A stretch of 63,954 nt of DNA, counting the filler, from Elsinoe ampelina (taxonomy: Eukaryota), in NCBI GenBank assembly GCA_010093995.1. It is 6 parts of 6 records of this genome, joined end to end, with 100 filler letters (N's around TTAATTAATTAA, not from the genome) between each part and the next. Parts side by side here need not be neighbours in the genome. Positions count along the whole stretch, not along the records: positions 13,719 to 26,740 come from ML992569.1; 5 more parts are not named here. One strand, given 5' to 3'. The notes beneath the pieces were generated by a model. It was not told the DNA's origin. It searched no databases and saw only the letters and a list, made by a program, of their open reading frames with translations. Positions 13,719-26,840 of this stretch are shown here, piece after piece. The translations under genes were made by a program, and so were the position numbers. The number at the start of each line of letters is the position of its first letter. Position 1 is the stretch's first letter.

Positions 13719-15477
13719 AAACAGATCCGTGACTTTCTTGTCGTCTCCATCCTCGCGAGCTGCCTGCACGTCGTTGGCCGGCACACCCATGACCATTCTG
13801 CCCACCTCGTCGAAGCAGCTCAGCCATAGCTGGCCAGTGTAGTCTGCTACGTTCAATTGCATGACATAGCGGTAGTCCGGCTTGGGATGAGACTTGTCGC
13901 ACTTCTCGCAGCGCCACTCGCCTGGATCGACCTCGATGACTTTCTTGTTGCACTCGGGTGTCAGGCAAGCTGGGTAGGCGAACGAATCTTGCTTGACGAA
14001 AACGATGGTGGCCTTGAGGTGGAAGTAGTCTGCTTCTTCAGACATGCCGAGATTCTCATCGCGAATCTGACCGCTTGTCTTGGGGATGTTCTTCGGGTTG
14101 GTTGCGGCTGAGGTGTTCCCAATGGTGTTGGCATGAGTCTGATATTGTCCATCGCGACCAGAAGCATCATACCAGCCCTTGATAGCATGAGCCTCATCAA
14201 TGTCAGGGTCGATGGTCATGCTACCCGAAGACAGGAGGGAAAGACTGCGACCACCAAAGTCGGAGACCTTGACACCCTTGAAGGCGATGACTGACTCCTC
14301 TGTTGCGTTAAAGCTCTGGGCCGTGGCGCCCCAGATAGTGAGACGAATGGAATAGCCAGTGTTGTCGGCGATAGTGAGCTCACGCTTTGAAAACGGCTTT
14401 GATGTGGTCTTTGATACGACTTCCGACACCTCGCCGACTCCCTGGAGAATTCCCACACAATCGATAGTGGTGTCCTTCTCCACCGAGTCCAGATCAGCCA
14501 GCTTCGTAAAGTTGTAGGTCACCTGTGGTACACCTTCATTGTCCTCGGCCTTTTCGATGGCAGTTTCGCGCTCAAATGTCAGCTCATAATCGTTGTTAAC
14601 ATTCGAGAACTGCCTCTTGGCCAAATTGATGCGACACGGTGATGAGATGTAGTAGACCGAACCTTCCTGGATCATGTCGTAGAACTTGTCCACCGAATCT
14701 GTGAAGCCCGTCGCGCGGATCTCGCCAGTTGCATCGAGGAAGTTGGCACTGAAGAGTCTGCCCTCACCATTTTTGTTATGCCATTCTTTGATCGGTCCTT
14801 TGTTCGTGCATCTCGCCTTGATGGTCCACTTGTGCGTGTAAGGGGACAGAGCCTCGATGGGGTAGATATTGCCATGCGAAGCGCTCGGTCCGTTTGTCCG
14901 CGAGGGTAAAGAGCGCTGCTGTGTGGTCTGTTGCTGCTGCTGGACCGGTTTGTTGCCATAGAAGTTGTTCCCTGAGATGTTGTCTGCCTGGGGTTTCGAC
15001 TCTTCCTGCGTCTCCGACTTGATCATATCAAGTGCAACTGGCTGACCAATCTTTTCGCATTCACCGTACTCTTCCAAAACGTCGAGATCGAGGATGACGA
15101 GGATGCTGTGAAGTGTCAGAAGCCAGGTCATGACAAATCAGAAATGACTCACGGCTTGTCCTTGACCGAATTGGCTTGGAAAGCCTTCAGTCTGCATAGC
15201 GAACCCTTCTTCAGCTTCCCTTCCGTCACGATGTAGTTCGTTTCTACCACTGTCAGCTCAACCCTTTCGAGCCAGAGATACGAAGCCTACGTTGTGCGAT
15301 CATGCTCTGAATAAAGTTGTGCGTATCGTTGAACACCACGCGATACCTCTCGACACCGTTCGCCTGGTTCGCCATGGGCTTGATCTGCACACACTGGACG
15401 ATGGGGTTGGTGACTTCCTCGCCGGCGAAGACACGGCGCAGGCAGCCCACGGAGAGAACTTCCATCGGATCAGCCAT
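13719..15477 (-). CDS. RFA1: Replication protein A 70 kDa subunit, C-terminus cut by contig end
   Basis: MADPMEV start; introns 15290-15244 and 15152-15106. OB-fold motifs IYPIEALSPYTHKWTIKAR and GVKVSDFGGRSLS; zinc ribbon YPACLTPECNKKV..WRCEKC. Confidence 0.96.
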
Positions 15478-15622
15478 GATTTCTGGAGGTGTGAGGATGA
15501 CTTCGTCTGGATCGCTGTCGGGTGGAAGCACTGGCTGGTGATTGCGAAGGTGTTTGGTGTTTGATTTGATGTAGGCGGAGGAAGCTTCTTGAGCTTGGTG
15601 GGGCGAATTGTTGCCTCCGCTG

Positions 15623-15652
15623 ACGCGACGCGTCGCTAAATTGATTACGCGA
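15623..15652. promoter_or_regulatory. MCB (MluI cell-cycle box) cluster upstream of RFA1
   Basis: ACGCGA/ACGCGT/ACGCGA within 30 bp, about 150-175 bp upstream of the ATG. RFA1 is an established MBF target in yeasts. Confidence 0.65.
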
Positions 15653-16225
15653 GTCATGGTGGACAGACTCGCCGATGAGCACTGGCAGCTTTTGCGGATT
15701 GCTTTCTACTTTCCACAGTAGGTGTCGGTCAGAGGGTTTCTGTCAAGCCTGTCGGAGATCCAGAAAGGCTGGATTCGAGTGGAAGAAAGCGAAATGCGAG
15801 GAGGTGCTCTAGTATGTGGTATTCGCCTGCTCGCCGTCGTAGCCCTCTCTCACAAGAGTATGCTAATCACCAGAAATTCAAGAAGATTGAAAATGGTGTG
15901 GGATTGATTCATTCGTTGCTTAGGAATCGTACACATGGACTAAGAAAGTGGTATCTCGCGTTGCATTGACAGATATAGTACTCCCTCCCTAGGCAGCAGG
16001 ACCCCCTCAGGACACGACCTAGCCAGTTGATTGGAAGGCCGCTCGCCACGTTCTCGTGCCGCATCATGGAGGTTCTCATCACTGAAAGCCAATCCCCTGT
16101 CGTAGTACCGAGTGCCTGTCACTAATTGTCGCCTGGAAAAGGTTTGCGTGAATTTTTTGCCAAAACGTGGTTTTTATACAGCCTCCCAAACTTGAACAAA
16201 TGGTACAAGACTTTCATGCTGTCGT

Positions 16226-17523
16226 CTAGTGGAACGGGTTCGGCTGCGAGTTGTTGTTACGGCTGCCGGAGCGGCTGTTGTTGGACTCTGAGTCTGAGTT
16301 GACCTCGGCGGTGATGGTGGTCATGACGTTGATCTTGCCATCTACCAGAGCCTGCTCCTCATCGCCACTTGGGCGAGCGCCACCGAGAACGCCGGCGGTG
16401 AGTTCGTGGTGGTAGCCATCCTCGTCCTGGTTGCGGCTCATCATGTTGGTAGCCTGGCGGGACTTCTCGGCAGCAGTGGATCTTCCATAATTGGCACCCC
16501 TGGAGTTGGTACCGCTGCGAGTAGAGCCGAAGTTGGGGAAGACGCGAATGACGAGAGCCTTGAGAGCCGGGGCGCTGGAGGTGATGATGGCGATGTTGGC
16601 TTCAACAATGGACCAAGCGGCAGGTGGGACATTGTCGTAGGAGAAGTCAACGGAGGACTTGGCCTGGTAGAGAAGGACAAGACGGACAACTGAGATAATG
16701 CAGACGCTGGGCAGAGGTTAGCTTTGGGATTAAAATGGCGCCTGGGATCTAGCTTACAATGCACCGATCAAGAAGATACCGCCGAGAGCCATTTTCTGAC
16801 GCTTAGGCATCTGAAGGTTGCTGAGCACGGGGAGAGGAGACAAGATGATCATCAAATCGGTGATGATGTTCATGTACGAGTTACCGAAGAAGATGGGCCA
16901 CTGAGGCATGCACTTTCCAGGTCCAGCAGGGTTCCAAAACTTGGAAACGGGCCAGCAAATGAAGACACATCCTGGAGATATATTAGTAAATGTTCCCAAC
17001 TCTTAGCAATGCTGCCCACGTACCCAAGAACGTCCAAAGACCGTAGATGGTCAGGATGACCAACATGATCTTCACGGAGATCTGAAACCTATCCGTGACG
17101 AAGATGCGCTTGTACTGGAAGAGGATCGAGAACTTTGTGGCCGTGAGGGAGACATTGTAGATCCAGATGCAAACCCAGAACCATTTGAAGAAGTCGCCAA
17201 TCATGTATGGCTGAAGTTCCCAGACGTGGTGGCCAAGACCGTTCTTGTGCACTGATGATATGTTAGCAGATGTGCCTCTCCTCAGACAGTGTGAACATAC
17301 TCATGATGTAGGTCACCATGGTCATCAACGAGGCTAGCCATGCCAAGATGATGAAGCCCTCTTCAACACCGGGCTGCTTGACAATGGCGAAGCGCGTGTA
17401 AAGGCGTCCGGCAACAGTGAGACCAGCGAGTGCGACGAAGAGACCAGCAACAGCGACGACGCTGTCACCTCTGTAGTTGAGAGCAGGGTTCCACACTGGG
17501 GTCGGTCCGGTGGCAGCTGACAT
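16226..17523 (-). CDS. Pth11-like fungal rhodopsin-domain integral membrane protein (4 exons)
   Basis: Exon pieces TVAGRLYTRFAIVK, GLGHHVW, TKFSILFQYKRIF, ICWPVSKFWNP..GKC and NIITDLMIILSPLPVLSNLQMPKRQK are family motifs; GT-AG introns lie between them. Confidence 0.88.
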
Positions 17524-18993
17524 TGTGAAGTGACTTTGTCTTGCTTGGTGCGCTTGGTGCAGGTAGTTGTCCAGTGGCAAAGTGGAGAAGGGGTCCACGG
17601 AAGCGACGGGTCAAGATACTTATCAGCTTGGGTTCGGGGATCCGGGGATGCAAAAGGCGCCTGGGGTTCTATGTGATCATTCTGGTCGGTTTGGTAAACG
17701 GTCGGGAGGTGAGAGCAACAGCCGTCAACGGCCGGCCAATACCAGTAGAACGCTGCTGAAGGAAGAGTGGTACGCAAAGACAGCAGACCCTTTGGAATAG
17801 TTCGAACGAGCTCGTAAGGATGTCTTGGTCTATTGCTCGCCGTTGAAGTAGCAGGATTACAAACCGAGGGTGATGAGAGGATGATATGCTCGTTGGCAAA
17901 AGAGGCGCTCCAAATGGTGGAGGGGGAGTAAAAGGGGAGTGCATTATTTTGGTTTCGCTTGGGCCACCACGCTACCTGGCGATGGTTGCACCAGACAGGT
18001 ACAAACCTATCAAACAGAGGATACTAAAGGCCAAAGGCCTGTACTTTGGTCGAGGACAAGCGCATTGATGGGGCGCAATAGCTCGCCGGATCTAGGACCC
18101 GAGTCATCATTATCGAGATGCGTGGAAAGTGGAGAGACAGCAGCATGCAGGACGTTTGCCGGTACGTCTCATGCTTCTCCACCTGCAAGCACTCCCTGGT
18201 GGAAGAAAACGGGCGAGGCTTGCGACAGAGTCGCAACAGTCGTGAACAGCTGTTTCAACGGCACGGCAGAGGTGTGCCGGACGAGGCGAAAGCGTGGACG
18301 TCTGCGGCGCGCAATAAACGTGCCATGGAAGTTGAGATTGACAAAATACCTAATCTGGAGGAAAGTGACTGGGAACGCCGATTTCGCTAGTCCTCTTCCA
18401 ATCATCTATTCACCATCTTCCAATCATCTACTTGCCTGCCCGGTATAATACAGTATGTATTCAGTCGACTAGCTTTGAGCGCCCCAGTCTTGCCGGTGGT
18501 ACCGCTCCCCAGTCCACACCGGATCTCTGGGAGCATTGACCCGGCCCATACGGCGTGACGGCCATCAGTCATTCACCTGCTGTTCATCTGGCTGTTCGCC
18601 GGTTGATTGCCGACTATCTGTGCGTTCCTGACTACGAGCCGTGTCTTGATCCTTTGTGCAGCCCTTCCGGCAACTTCAATTTAGGGCTGGCTTTCGTGTC
18701 ATCCTTGAATCCTTCGTCTGCCTGACTGATGCCCCTCATCATTCCGGACACCATCTAGCCCAGGAGATCTATCAGCATTTGACAAGTTGTACACACCGTG
18801 TTTCTCTACCAGGAGCGTTATGTATTCCACAACCGTTGATACATTGACCGAAGTTCAAACTTATCCGCGTATTGGTACAACGTTCAATCGTCGATTGATG
18901 GGAGCCGAAACCTCGCGCATTCGGGCCTACTTCGCACATGTCTCGTTATTGTATTTTGTCGCCTCTCCCAACAAGCCAAGCGCAACTGTCTTC

Positions 18994-21087
18994 CTAATGC
19001 TGTCTTGCTGCGAACTGCTTTCTTTCGTTTTCCGCGGAACGAAGAACGGCGGCCTTGACGCTCAAACAGGGACTGATCGTCGCAACCTCCTCCAAAGTGG
19101 TAATGACATGTGAGATGATACGATCCATGTCTTCCGCTGGTGGTAGAAGAGCTGCAAGTCCTGGCGAGAGTGTTGCTCCCATCACAAAGAGCGTTTCGGC
19201 AGCCGTGTCGTTGGCATGCTTCCAAGCTGAACGCAGATGACCTGTATAGCTGTGAACTGTTAGAAACGCTTAGAAGTGAATTAGAAGCAGTAACATACAG
19301 AGCTGATGAGTTCTCTATTTGACGGACCGAGGCTTCCAGAGACTGTTTGCAGTACTCTCGAGTTACATGATCGAGTAGTAGACTACCGTCTTGCATTACC
19401 TCGAGCACAATGGGTCGCAGAATCCGGGCTTTGCATGCAAAGAATCCATGACGCAGCTCACTGAGCACAGGATTTGATGCTGGGGCATCCTGCTGAAACC
19501 TGGTCGTATCTGGCAGATGCTCATACCAGAGGTTCAGTTGGTAAGTGAGATCTCGTGCTAGTGGCAATGAACCGTCCAAGGAAACGGGGAGCCGGGAGCC
19601 TGAAATTGAGGCACGTTGCGATAGACGTTGCAACTCAATCTGGGGAGACAGGAAGGATAATCCGCTCTCTGTGCCTAGCTCAATGTCTCTGGAATGCCCG
19701 GTCGGTAGTCCAATCGTTTGTTGGTGAGGGTTCTCCGGAAGCTGTTGCACGGGTAGTCCAGCAGTGATATCTGCTCTCAACTGCTCGACGTTCCAATACA
19801 GCCTCTTCAGAATTTCTGCTTCGGTGGGCCCAAGTTCTTCACGCAATGATAATTCCGTTTGAAGCTTGCAAGCCGCGAGGTTCAGACCATACCATGCTTC
19901 CAGCGGTCGAAACACGGCGAGGAGAAACGCCGAACCAAGGAAAAGGCACTGCGTTGCCGAGGCTCCTGTCGATGCCACCATTTCGGGCAATGAGCTCCAC
20001 GCTTGTGCAAACAGTTGGTATCCCAGTGAGTCTTCTAATTTGACGCTGTAGAGCTTGTTCCCACTGACCGCAGCCCATCCAAGCGCCGCTATCAGCAGGA
20101 CGGTAGAAGTTTCCAATCCTTTAGCGAACCCATTCAATGAAGCCGTAGCGTAGACTGCTTGCCATGTTTCTGGGTTTACAACCGCGTGGTATGGGTGCAA
20201 GATCTGGAAGTAAGCATCCACGTGTGATGTGATGTCGTTCAGATCAAGATCAGGCTTTTCCAGGTACGTCAATCTTGGTCGCTTGCTTTCTGATGCGAGT
20301 CCGGTCGAATTTGACAATGGATCTGGAATCAGCTGACGGAATGCAGGCAGCTGAGTCAACTCCACAAAGAGAGTTTGTGCTTTGGGTGTCGCACTTGAAT
20401 ACGATTGATCATTGGCACTTAGGGCGCCATTCCTGCGGTCTGGAACGCTGGCATATCTTTGCATCTCTGGGTCGAGAGGGAGTCCGTCGGTAAGACCATC
20501 CGGAGGGTAAGATCTAGCGCTGTGTCCATTTGTGGGCGGGTTGTGGTAGTTGCCTTGTAGTAGTCCTTCGATCCGCTGGAGATGCTCCAGAATCATCTTG
20601 TCACCCGCATCGAGCTTCTGGCCAGGTTCACGATAGATACACTCAGCACCCAGTTCGGTACACAATCTGCATTTCGCTATCACTTGTCAGCCAATATCAA
20701 GATACCCTTATACAAGATGCTCACGTTTCGCGCCGTCGCAACGAGTTTTGCGACCTCGGCAGATTTCGCACTACATCAATCAGAATTGTACAAGATATGA
20801 TCGCAAACAATACTTACTGCTATCATTGCACGCCTTCTGGGGTAGTCAGTCGGATCTGGCTGTTGCTGCTGTCTCATGTCCGGTGGATATTCATTGGGTA
20901 AAGGTTGCTGTCGCATGGTTTGCTGGTAATCAGGGTGCTGTGGCGCATTGTTCATGGGAGAAGGATGGGGCGCGTGTTGTTGAAGGTCGGGATGTAGGGG
21001 GATATCAGAAGGGCTTGTCCCATTGCCTCGTTGCCGCTTGCGCGGGCGCGCATCAGTCAGCTGATTGAGATTATGATCGGTCTCCAT
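18994..21087 (-). CDS. Zn(II)2Cys6 transcription factor with fungal TF middle homology region
   Basis: Spliced RRRAMIA|CEICRGRKTRCDGAKP|KCRLCTELGAECIY binuclear cluster; VDAYFQILHPYH and KRLYW motifs. The last exon ends ...AARQH-stop at 18994. Confidence 0.9.
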
Positions 21088-21588
21088 GATCAGAATCCTC
21101 CGTGAGTCGTCTGTATGATGTCCAGATGGATCTCTCTCGTTTTTGGCGACAAATCGTCACGGAGTTGGCAGGAGCATGTCGGGTGTGAGAGGCTCGCAGG
21201 CTGTGTGTGTGGCGCGGATGTCAGCGTCGCGCGTCGTGCGATTCTGGAGCAAACAGACCGGACCGCGCGTGGTGTGACGCCGCTCACAACCAGAGGTTCA
21301 TGAATGAATGACTTTGAAAAGAGCACAGTGGACGTCCGTTCGGTCCGGCAATTTGGGTTTGCGACAGGAATCAATGCGGCGGTCGCGCGAAGCAAGTCTT
21401 CGAATGATCTGAGCCAAGATGGTGCACGCCGAAAAAGTGGCGAGTGCGGTCGAAGCCGTCCAGCACGGCTAAACTGCCTGTTTGGGAGGGATCCACAAAA
21501 AAAAAGTGAGGCGGCGTGGGGAGTCTTTTCGGGGTCTGGCAAACATCGCTCCCTCCCACCACCACCTCTGGAAACCCAGGGATCTGAT

Positions 21589-23332
21589 ATGTCTAAAAGA
21601 AGTCGTGAAGAAGCCGAGCTGGCTGGTGAAGCACACCAAAAAGAAAAGAGGGAGAAGAAACACAAGCGGAGAAAGACCGAAGATCAACTCATCACCCCAA
21701 CAGACACAAATGGCACATCCAAACCCACGGAGCCTGTGCTGTCTGAAGACGATGAGGCCGCCAGGAAGGCTGCCAAAGCAGCCCGAAAGGCCGAGAAGAA
21801 GGCGTTGAAAGAGCAAAAGCGAGCTCGAAAGGAAACCTCAGCAAGCGACCCACCAGCTGCTGCCACCAAGATCGAATCGCAACCTTCTACCAATGGCAAG
21901 AAAGTCGACGAATATGCAGAGGCTTCAGCTCTGTCTGACTTACCTGAGTCGGATGTGGACGAATTCTTGAGCAAAAGTCAGATCACAATCCTAGACGAAA
22001 CGAAGTCGAACCCAAAGTTGCGACCGATCATATCTTTCGATCATTTGGAGCTTGGAAACAGCGATCTCAAGTCACTATTCTCTCGGTTCAAGACACCCAC
22101 ACCGATTCAATCTGCGGCATGGCCATATCTTCTTTCCGGTAGAGACGCCATAGGCGTTGCAGAGACTGGGTCAGGCAAGACCATGGCCTTTGGTCTCCCA
22201 TGCGTGCAGCATGTTTCCAAAAAGAGCTCGGGAAAGAAAGATGCCTCAATAAGAGGTTGCATCGTGTCACCGACAAGAGAGCTGGCACTGCAGATCCACG
22301 AAGAGATGGAGAAGCTGACAGCACCTTTCGGTCTGAAAGCAACCGTCGTATACGGAGGCGTGAACAAGGACGCGCAGCGCGAGACCCTCCGTGGGTCGAG
22401 TATTATCGTCGCGACTCCTGGTCGTCTCAACGACTACATCGAAGAGGGCTCCATCAATCTGAGCAAAGTCACGTACCTCGTTCTCGATGAGGCAGATCGA
22501 ATGCTGGACACAGGTTTCGAAAAAGAAATCAGGAAAATTGCATCCCAGACCTCTACCAAGAACCGGCAAACACTGATGTTTACCGCAACGTGGCCTCCAG
22601 GGGTCAGAGAGCTAGCGGCTACTTTTATGAATGACCCGGTCAGGATCATGATTGGTGACAACGCTACTGGAGAACTTCGAGCCAACACCCGCGTTGGGCA
22701 AAAGGTTGAGGTCATGGACCCGATGGACAAGCAAAGTCGTCTAGTCGAGATACTCCGAAAGCACAGCGGATCAAAGGGTGCACAAGCAGATCGCGCCCTC
22801 ATCTTCTGCTTGTACAAGAAAGAGGCATCCAGAATCGAGGACTTTGTCCGATCGCGAGGGTACAAGGTGGCAGGCATCCACGGCGATCTGAGCCAGCAGA
22901 AACGGACAGAGAGTCTCGATGCTTTCAAGACTGGCAAGGTCCGATTCTTGGTGGCTACTGATGTTGCTGCAAGAGGCCTGGACATTCCCGCGGTGAAGCT
23001 GGTCATCAACTACACCTTTCCCTTGACCGCTGACGATTACGTTCATCGTATCGGCCGGTGAGCGACGTATCTAGAGAAGCGATGCAGCAGCACTGACACA
23101 TTCCAGAACCGGCCGTGCGGGCCAAACAGGCGAGTCCATCACGTTCTTCACCGAGCACGAGAAGCCTCTCGCAGGTGCGTTGGTCAATGTGCTCAAAGCC
23201 GCCAAACAGCCCGTGCCAGAAGAGCTACTCAAGTTCGGAACGACGGTCAAGAAGAAGGCTCACGATGTGTATGGTGCGTTTTACAGGGATCCGGGCGAGA
23301 TGAAGAAGGCTACGAAGATCACTTTTGATTAG
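21589..23332 (+). CDS. DBP3: Nucleolar DEAD-box RNA helicase Dbp3
   Basis: Lys-rich N-terminus, [21 protein letters not shown] (the Dbp3-type motif III), HRIGR|TGRAG across intron 23058-23106, and C-terminal [17 protein letters not shown]. Confidence 0.95.
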
Positions 23333-23448
23333 AGCACGCTATAGAGATAATGGACATGTGATCTGCTCGCTCCTGGCGGATCTCACTTTGCCATAGCATC
23401 CCATTTGACTGTTCGAGCGGAATGGACCGCTGCGGGTGATGCTCCTGC

Positions 23449-25105
23449 TCAGTCCCGCCGTTTTGACCTGTCGACGGAGACGTCTTCTCTCTCATCGGCA
23501 GTGTCCACATCACCCGCCTTCTCGAACAAATCCCTCACCCGCTGCAAATATTCCCCCCGTTCCTGCAACTTGCGCTCGACGAACCTCGTGGTTCCCATCC
23601 TCCAGTACGGCCATGCAGATCGATTCAGCTCCCGGTAGGTGGTTGTAGCCTGCGGCCCGTAGCTTTCCTGGATATGGGAAGTGAAGAGATTGAAGACCGC
23701 GTTACAGCTTGTGATGGCGTGGAAGTACCAGAAGCTACCTCGCTCCCAGCTTTCTTGCATGATGTCGGTCAAGGTGGTGGCGCACGTGAGACGTCTCTCC
23801 GCCGTCTCGCATGCTGACATGAATTCTTGTCTTCTCTGGTCGTACTCGAGCAGGTCTTCGTCCTCGAGCATGTCGATGGCTCGCTGTGTCAGCCAGTGTG
23901 GGGGTCTGAGAAGCTCCACTGGGAGTACGCAGGCCCATTCGAGGTCGATGATGTTGGTGATGTGCCCGTCTCGATCGACGAATATGTTGCTCGGATGGAG
24001 GTCTGTTAGTTGCAAAGCGAATGGACCATGTCTGTGCTCTCTTCGCAGGTGATGTCCCAGGAGAGCTCGCATCATGGTCAAGCTCGCTAGTTGCTCGTGT
24101 GCGTCTTGCTCGCTGTACATCGAATTTGGTTGAGATGCGATGCGGTTGTCATGACAGGAGAGGGTATCCAGTATGTAGAGATCAGAGGCAGAGTATGTCA
24201 GATCTCTTGGTAGACCGGTTGAAATGCCTTCATTCTCGAATTGATGGATGAAGTAAAGTAAAGGGCGGTTGCTCAGGGAGAGCGTTCCATCATTGTCCAT
24301 CTTCAATGAGCCAATGCGAGAGAACGGGACTGACGCTAGCGATAGCATTATTCTCGCCAAATCCGCGTATAAGGTGGCGCGCTTCGCAGAGTCGCAGTCG
24401 ATTTCGTCCCAGACTGCGGAAAGCATATCGCCATTGGATACGTATTCAATTAACATGTAGGCGAATGGAAAGTCGAGACCATGGTCATGGCGTAGAAAAG
24501 GAGTTTCCCGGCGGTTACCCGTGAGCCACTGAAGTGACCTGCGCAGCCAGGAGCAGGCACGAAGGAGAAGAGGCGCACGTATCATTGCTGTGAACTATCC
24601 CTGTCAGCTTGTCGCGGCACACTTGTGTCACTCCACAAGGACTTACGCACGAGCTGGTTGCGAACGAAAATCCCAGCAGTTCAGGTATTGGGATAGCGGC
24701 GTGATTGGTGGCGATGTAAGCGTACATTGCCACCTCACACCGGAGTTTCTCCTCTACATTACCTGAATTTGACGCCTCGCCCACTTTGTACGGTAGGGGG
24801 AGTCTCATCATGTATTTCTTCTTCTCGTCGACGTATATGGGGATACAGATGTTGAAGCTTCCATGCAGCCACTCATTGACCCAGGGAATGTGATAACGAG
24901 ATGATGGCAAGCCCAGATGGTGCTGCAGGACTTTGGAAAAGACACCATTCTTGATGCTTTGGTAGATCTCTGAGCAGAAATCTAGCCTCTTCTCCGGATA
25001 GGTAAGCCTATGTAGGATATCGCAGTCTTGCTTGAGGGCCTGGTCGAGAGTGATGCGTTCGGTGAGGTTGCCTTTCAGAATTGGCAACGACCTCGTTGGC
25101 GTCAT
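23449..25105 (-). CDS. Aminoglycoside phosphotransferase (APH)/kinase-like family protein
   Basis: WLHGSFNICIP, EEKLRCEVA, TDLHPSNIFVD and IIDLEWA motifs; one intron at about 24593-24646. Confidence 0.85.
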
Positions 25106-25571
25106 TTCTAGTTCAGCACAGTAGCCTCCTCCAAAAGCCCGCTGTCGTTGAAGAACTCTATGCCATGCATTTGCAATCAAGCTTGGTCAGGGTTCTGTGC
25201 CACAGAAGAGACACGGTGTAGTGTGAGGTTGACGTCTCACAAACGAAAGCAAGGATCAAGGAGCAAGGAGAGACGGAGATGGCCATGCATGACCAGAGAC
25301 GCTGTTGTAGATTAGTTAGTTCCATTCAAAGATACCTACATGATGAACAGCCCTCCCAAGCAACGGCATGCAAGGAAGAGTAAGGTGAGGTACATGTACG
25401 GTTTCCGAGATCGATCGCCGACCTCGGCCACCTGAAATGCCCCACTATTCATCATGGTATATAGCAACCAATCTTCTCGACCGCGATCATCAATTTTCAG
25501 TAGTACTCCTGGACTTTGCGATTCCTCTCTCCACCATATACACCAAGAGCTGTCCGGCTGACACCGTAAAA

Positions 25572-25835
25572 ATGTGCAAGCCAGCAACCTGCGGAACCTG
25601 CAGTGAGTCCACCGACGCCACCGCTCATTCCATCTTCCCTTCCACCTCTCTGACTTTCGTTCATTCCACTTTTACCTTCCCGTATACTTATCCTCCCTTA
25701 GACAAGAAATCCTGGTGGGGCTGCGGTAGTCACATCCCGATGGTCATGGACAGCATACCAAAGGAGGAATGGTGCGGCTGCGACCCCAAAGTAGAGAAGG
25801 AGGGGACAGAGTACCCGCCTATGGGGAAGCTGTGA
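25572..25835 (+). CDS. Small Cys-rich protein of unknown function (about 54 aa)
   Basis: Splicing 25603-25701 gives MCKPATCGTCNKKSWWGCGSHIPMVMDSIPKEEWCGCDPKVEKEGTEYPPMGKL. The 3' end could use a further intron. Confidence 0.75.
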   Translation: MCKPATCGTCSESTDATAHSIFPSTSLTFVHSTFTFPYTYPPLDKKSWWGCGSHIPMVMDSIPKEEWCGCDPKVEKEGTEYPPMGKL

Positions 25836-26307
25836 GATTCCAAAGGAGAGGAAGAGGGGGCTGATTGATGCAGGGTCGTTCTTAGGGGGCTGGAAGAGTA
25901 TGTTGGGATGGTAAAGAGGGGAGAGAGGGGTGGATGAGAGGTGGCGGGGATAGCAGGATAGCAGGGTGGAGGGTCAGCAGTGCGGGAGAGTTGCTGGGAG
26001 GTGGAATATATATGGCGGGCATAGTTGGAGTGATAGTAGATATGGGCGGAATAGATGCTTTATGAAGACCGTTCTGAGCACCCTAATGGCTTTTGCGACA
26101 TAATGTCCGCAGCTGCAGAGGGAGCCGCAGCAGCGAAGCACCATAAAAATGGAGGACAAGGACCGTTCAGTACATGCTGGTAGTTATTTTCGCCATGTCT
26201 GCATCTGTTTTCTATTTCCCCAACCTCTGCGTAATTGGTAGTGCATGTTGTCGCACTATAGGGTGCATTTGCCGTGGCTGGAGCTTGCATGAACGGCATT
26301 GTTGACT

Positions 26308-26740
26308 TGTGTAGGGGAGGAAAAAGGATTGATTACTGCCTAATCTACCAAACTAAGGTGGATTGTAACTACATAAATACTTAACCTAATAAATTAAGAG
26401 ATAGATGAATTAATAGAACTCCTAAGTAATAACAGATTAAGACAATAACCATCTAATTTAATTATAAATTAGTAGAGTAGTAGATAAGTGTTTAGTTTAA
26501 CCTTAGGATAAACTAAATTAGGGTCTTCTTAGCGCTCTAGCTTATACCTCGGTTAATACACCCCTTTACTAAATAGCTATAAGGCTGTTATAGCTAGTTA
26601 GTAGACTACTAACTCGAGGGATAGCTATTATAAGAAGGCCTTATACCTTCTAGGTAGCAATAACTTAGTAAATCTATTAGCTAAGGTATCTACTAATAGT
26701 GTCTATATTACTAAGATAGGGCTAGATAGATCTCTAGCTT
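26308..26740 (+). mobile_element. LTR retrotransposon family B: about 127-bp LTR (26308-26434) plus RIPed internal sequence to the contig end
   Basis: TGTGT...TAACA. 26308-26430 aligns to the reverse complement of 38148-38266 with mostly transition differences; downstream sequence is TpA-rich. Confidence 0.7.
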
Positions 26741-26840
26741 NNNNNNNNNNNNNNNNNNNNNNNNNNNNNNNNNNNNNNNNNNNNTTAATTAATTAANNNN
26801 NNNNNNNNNNNNNNNNNNNNNNNNNNNNNNNNNNNNNNNN
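26741..26840. other. Artificial contig spacer
   Basis: 44N-TTAATTAATTAA-44N. Confidence 0.97.

Noticed and set aside
21304..21588. 95-aa N-terminal extension of Dbp3 shown in the ORF track
   Set aside because: Lies in the short divergent promoter region and is not Dbp3-like; MSKRSREE at 21589 fits the usual Lys-rich start.
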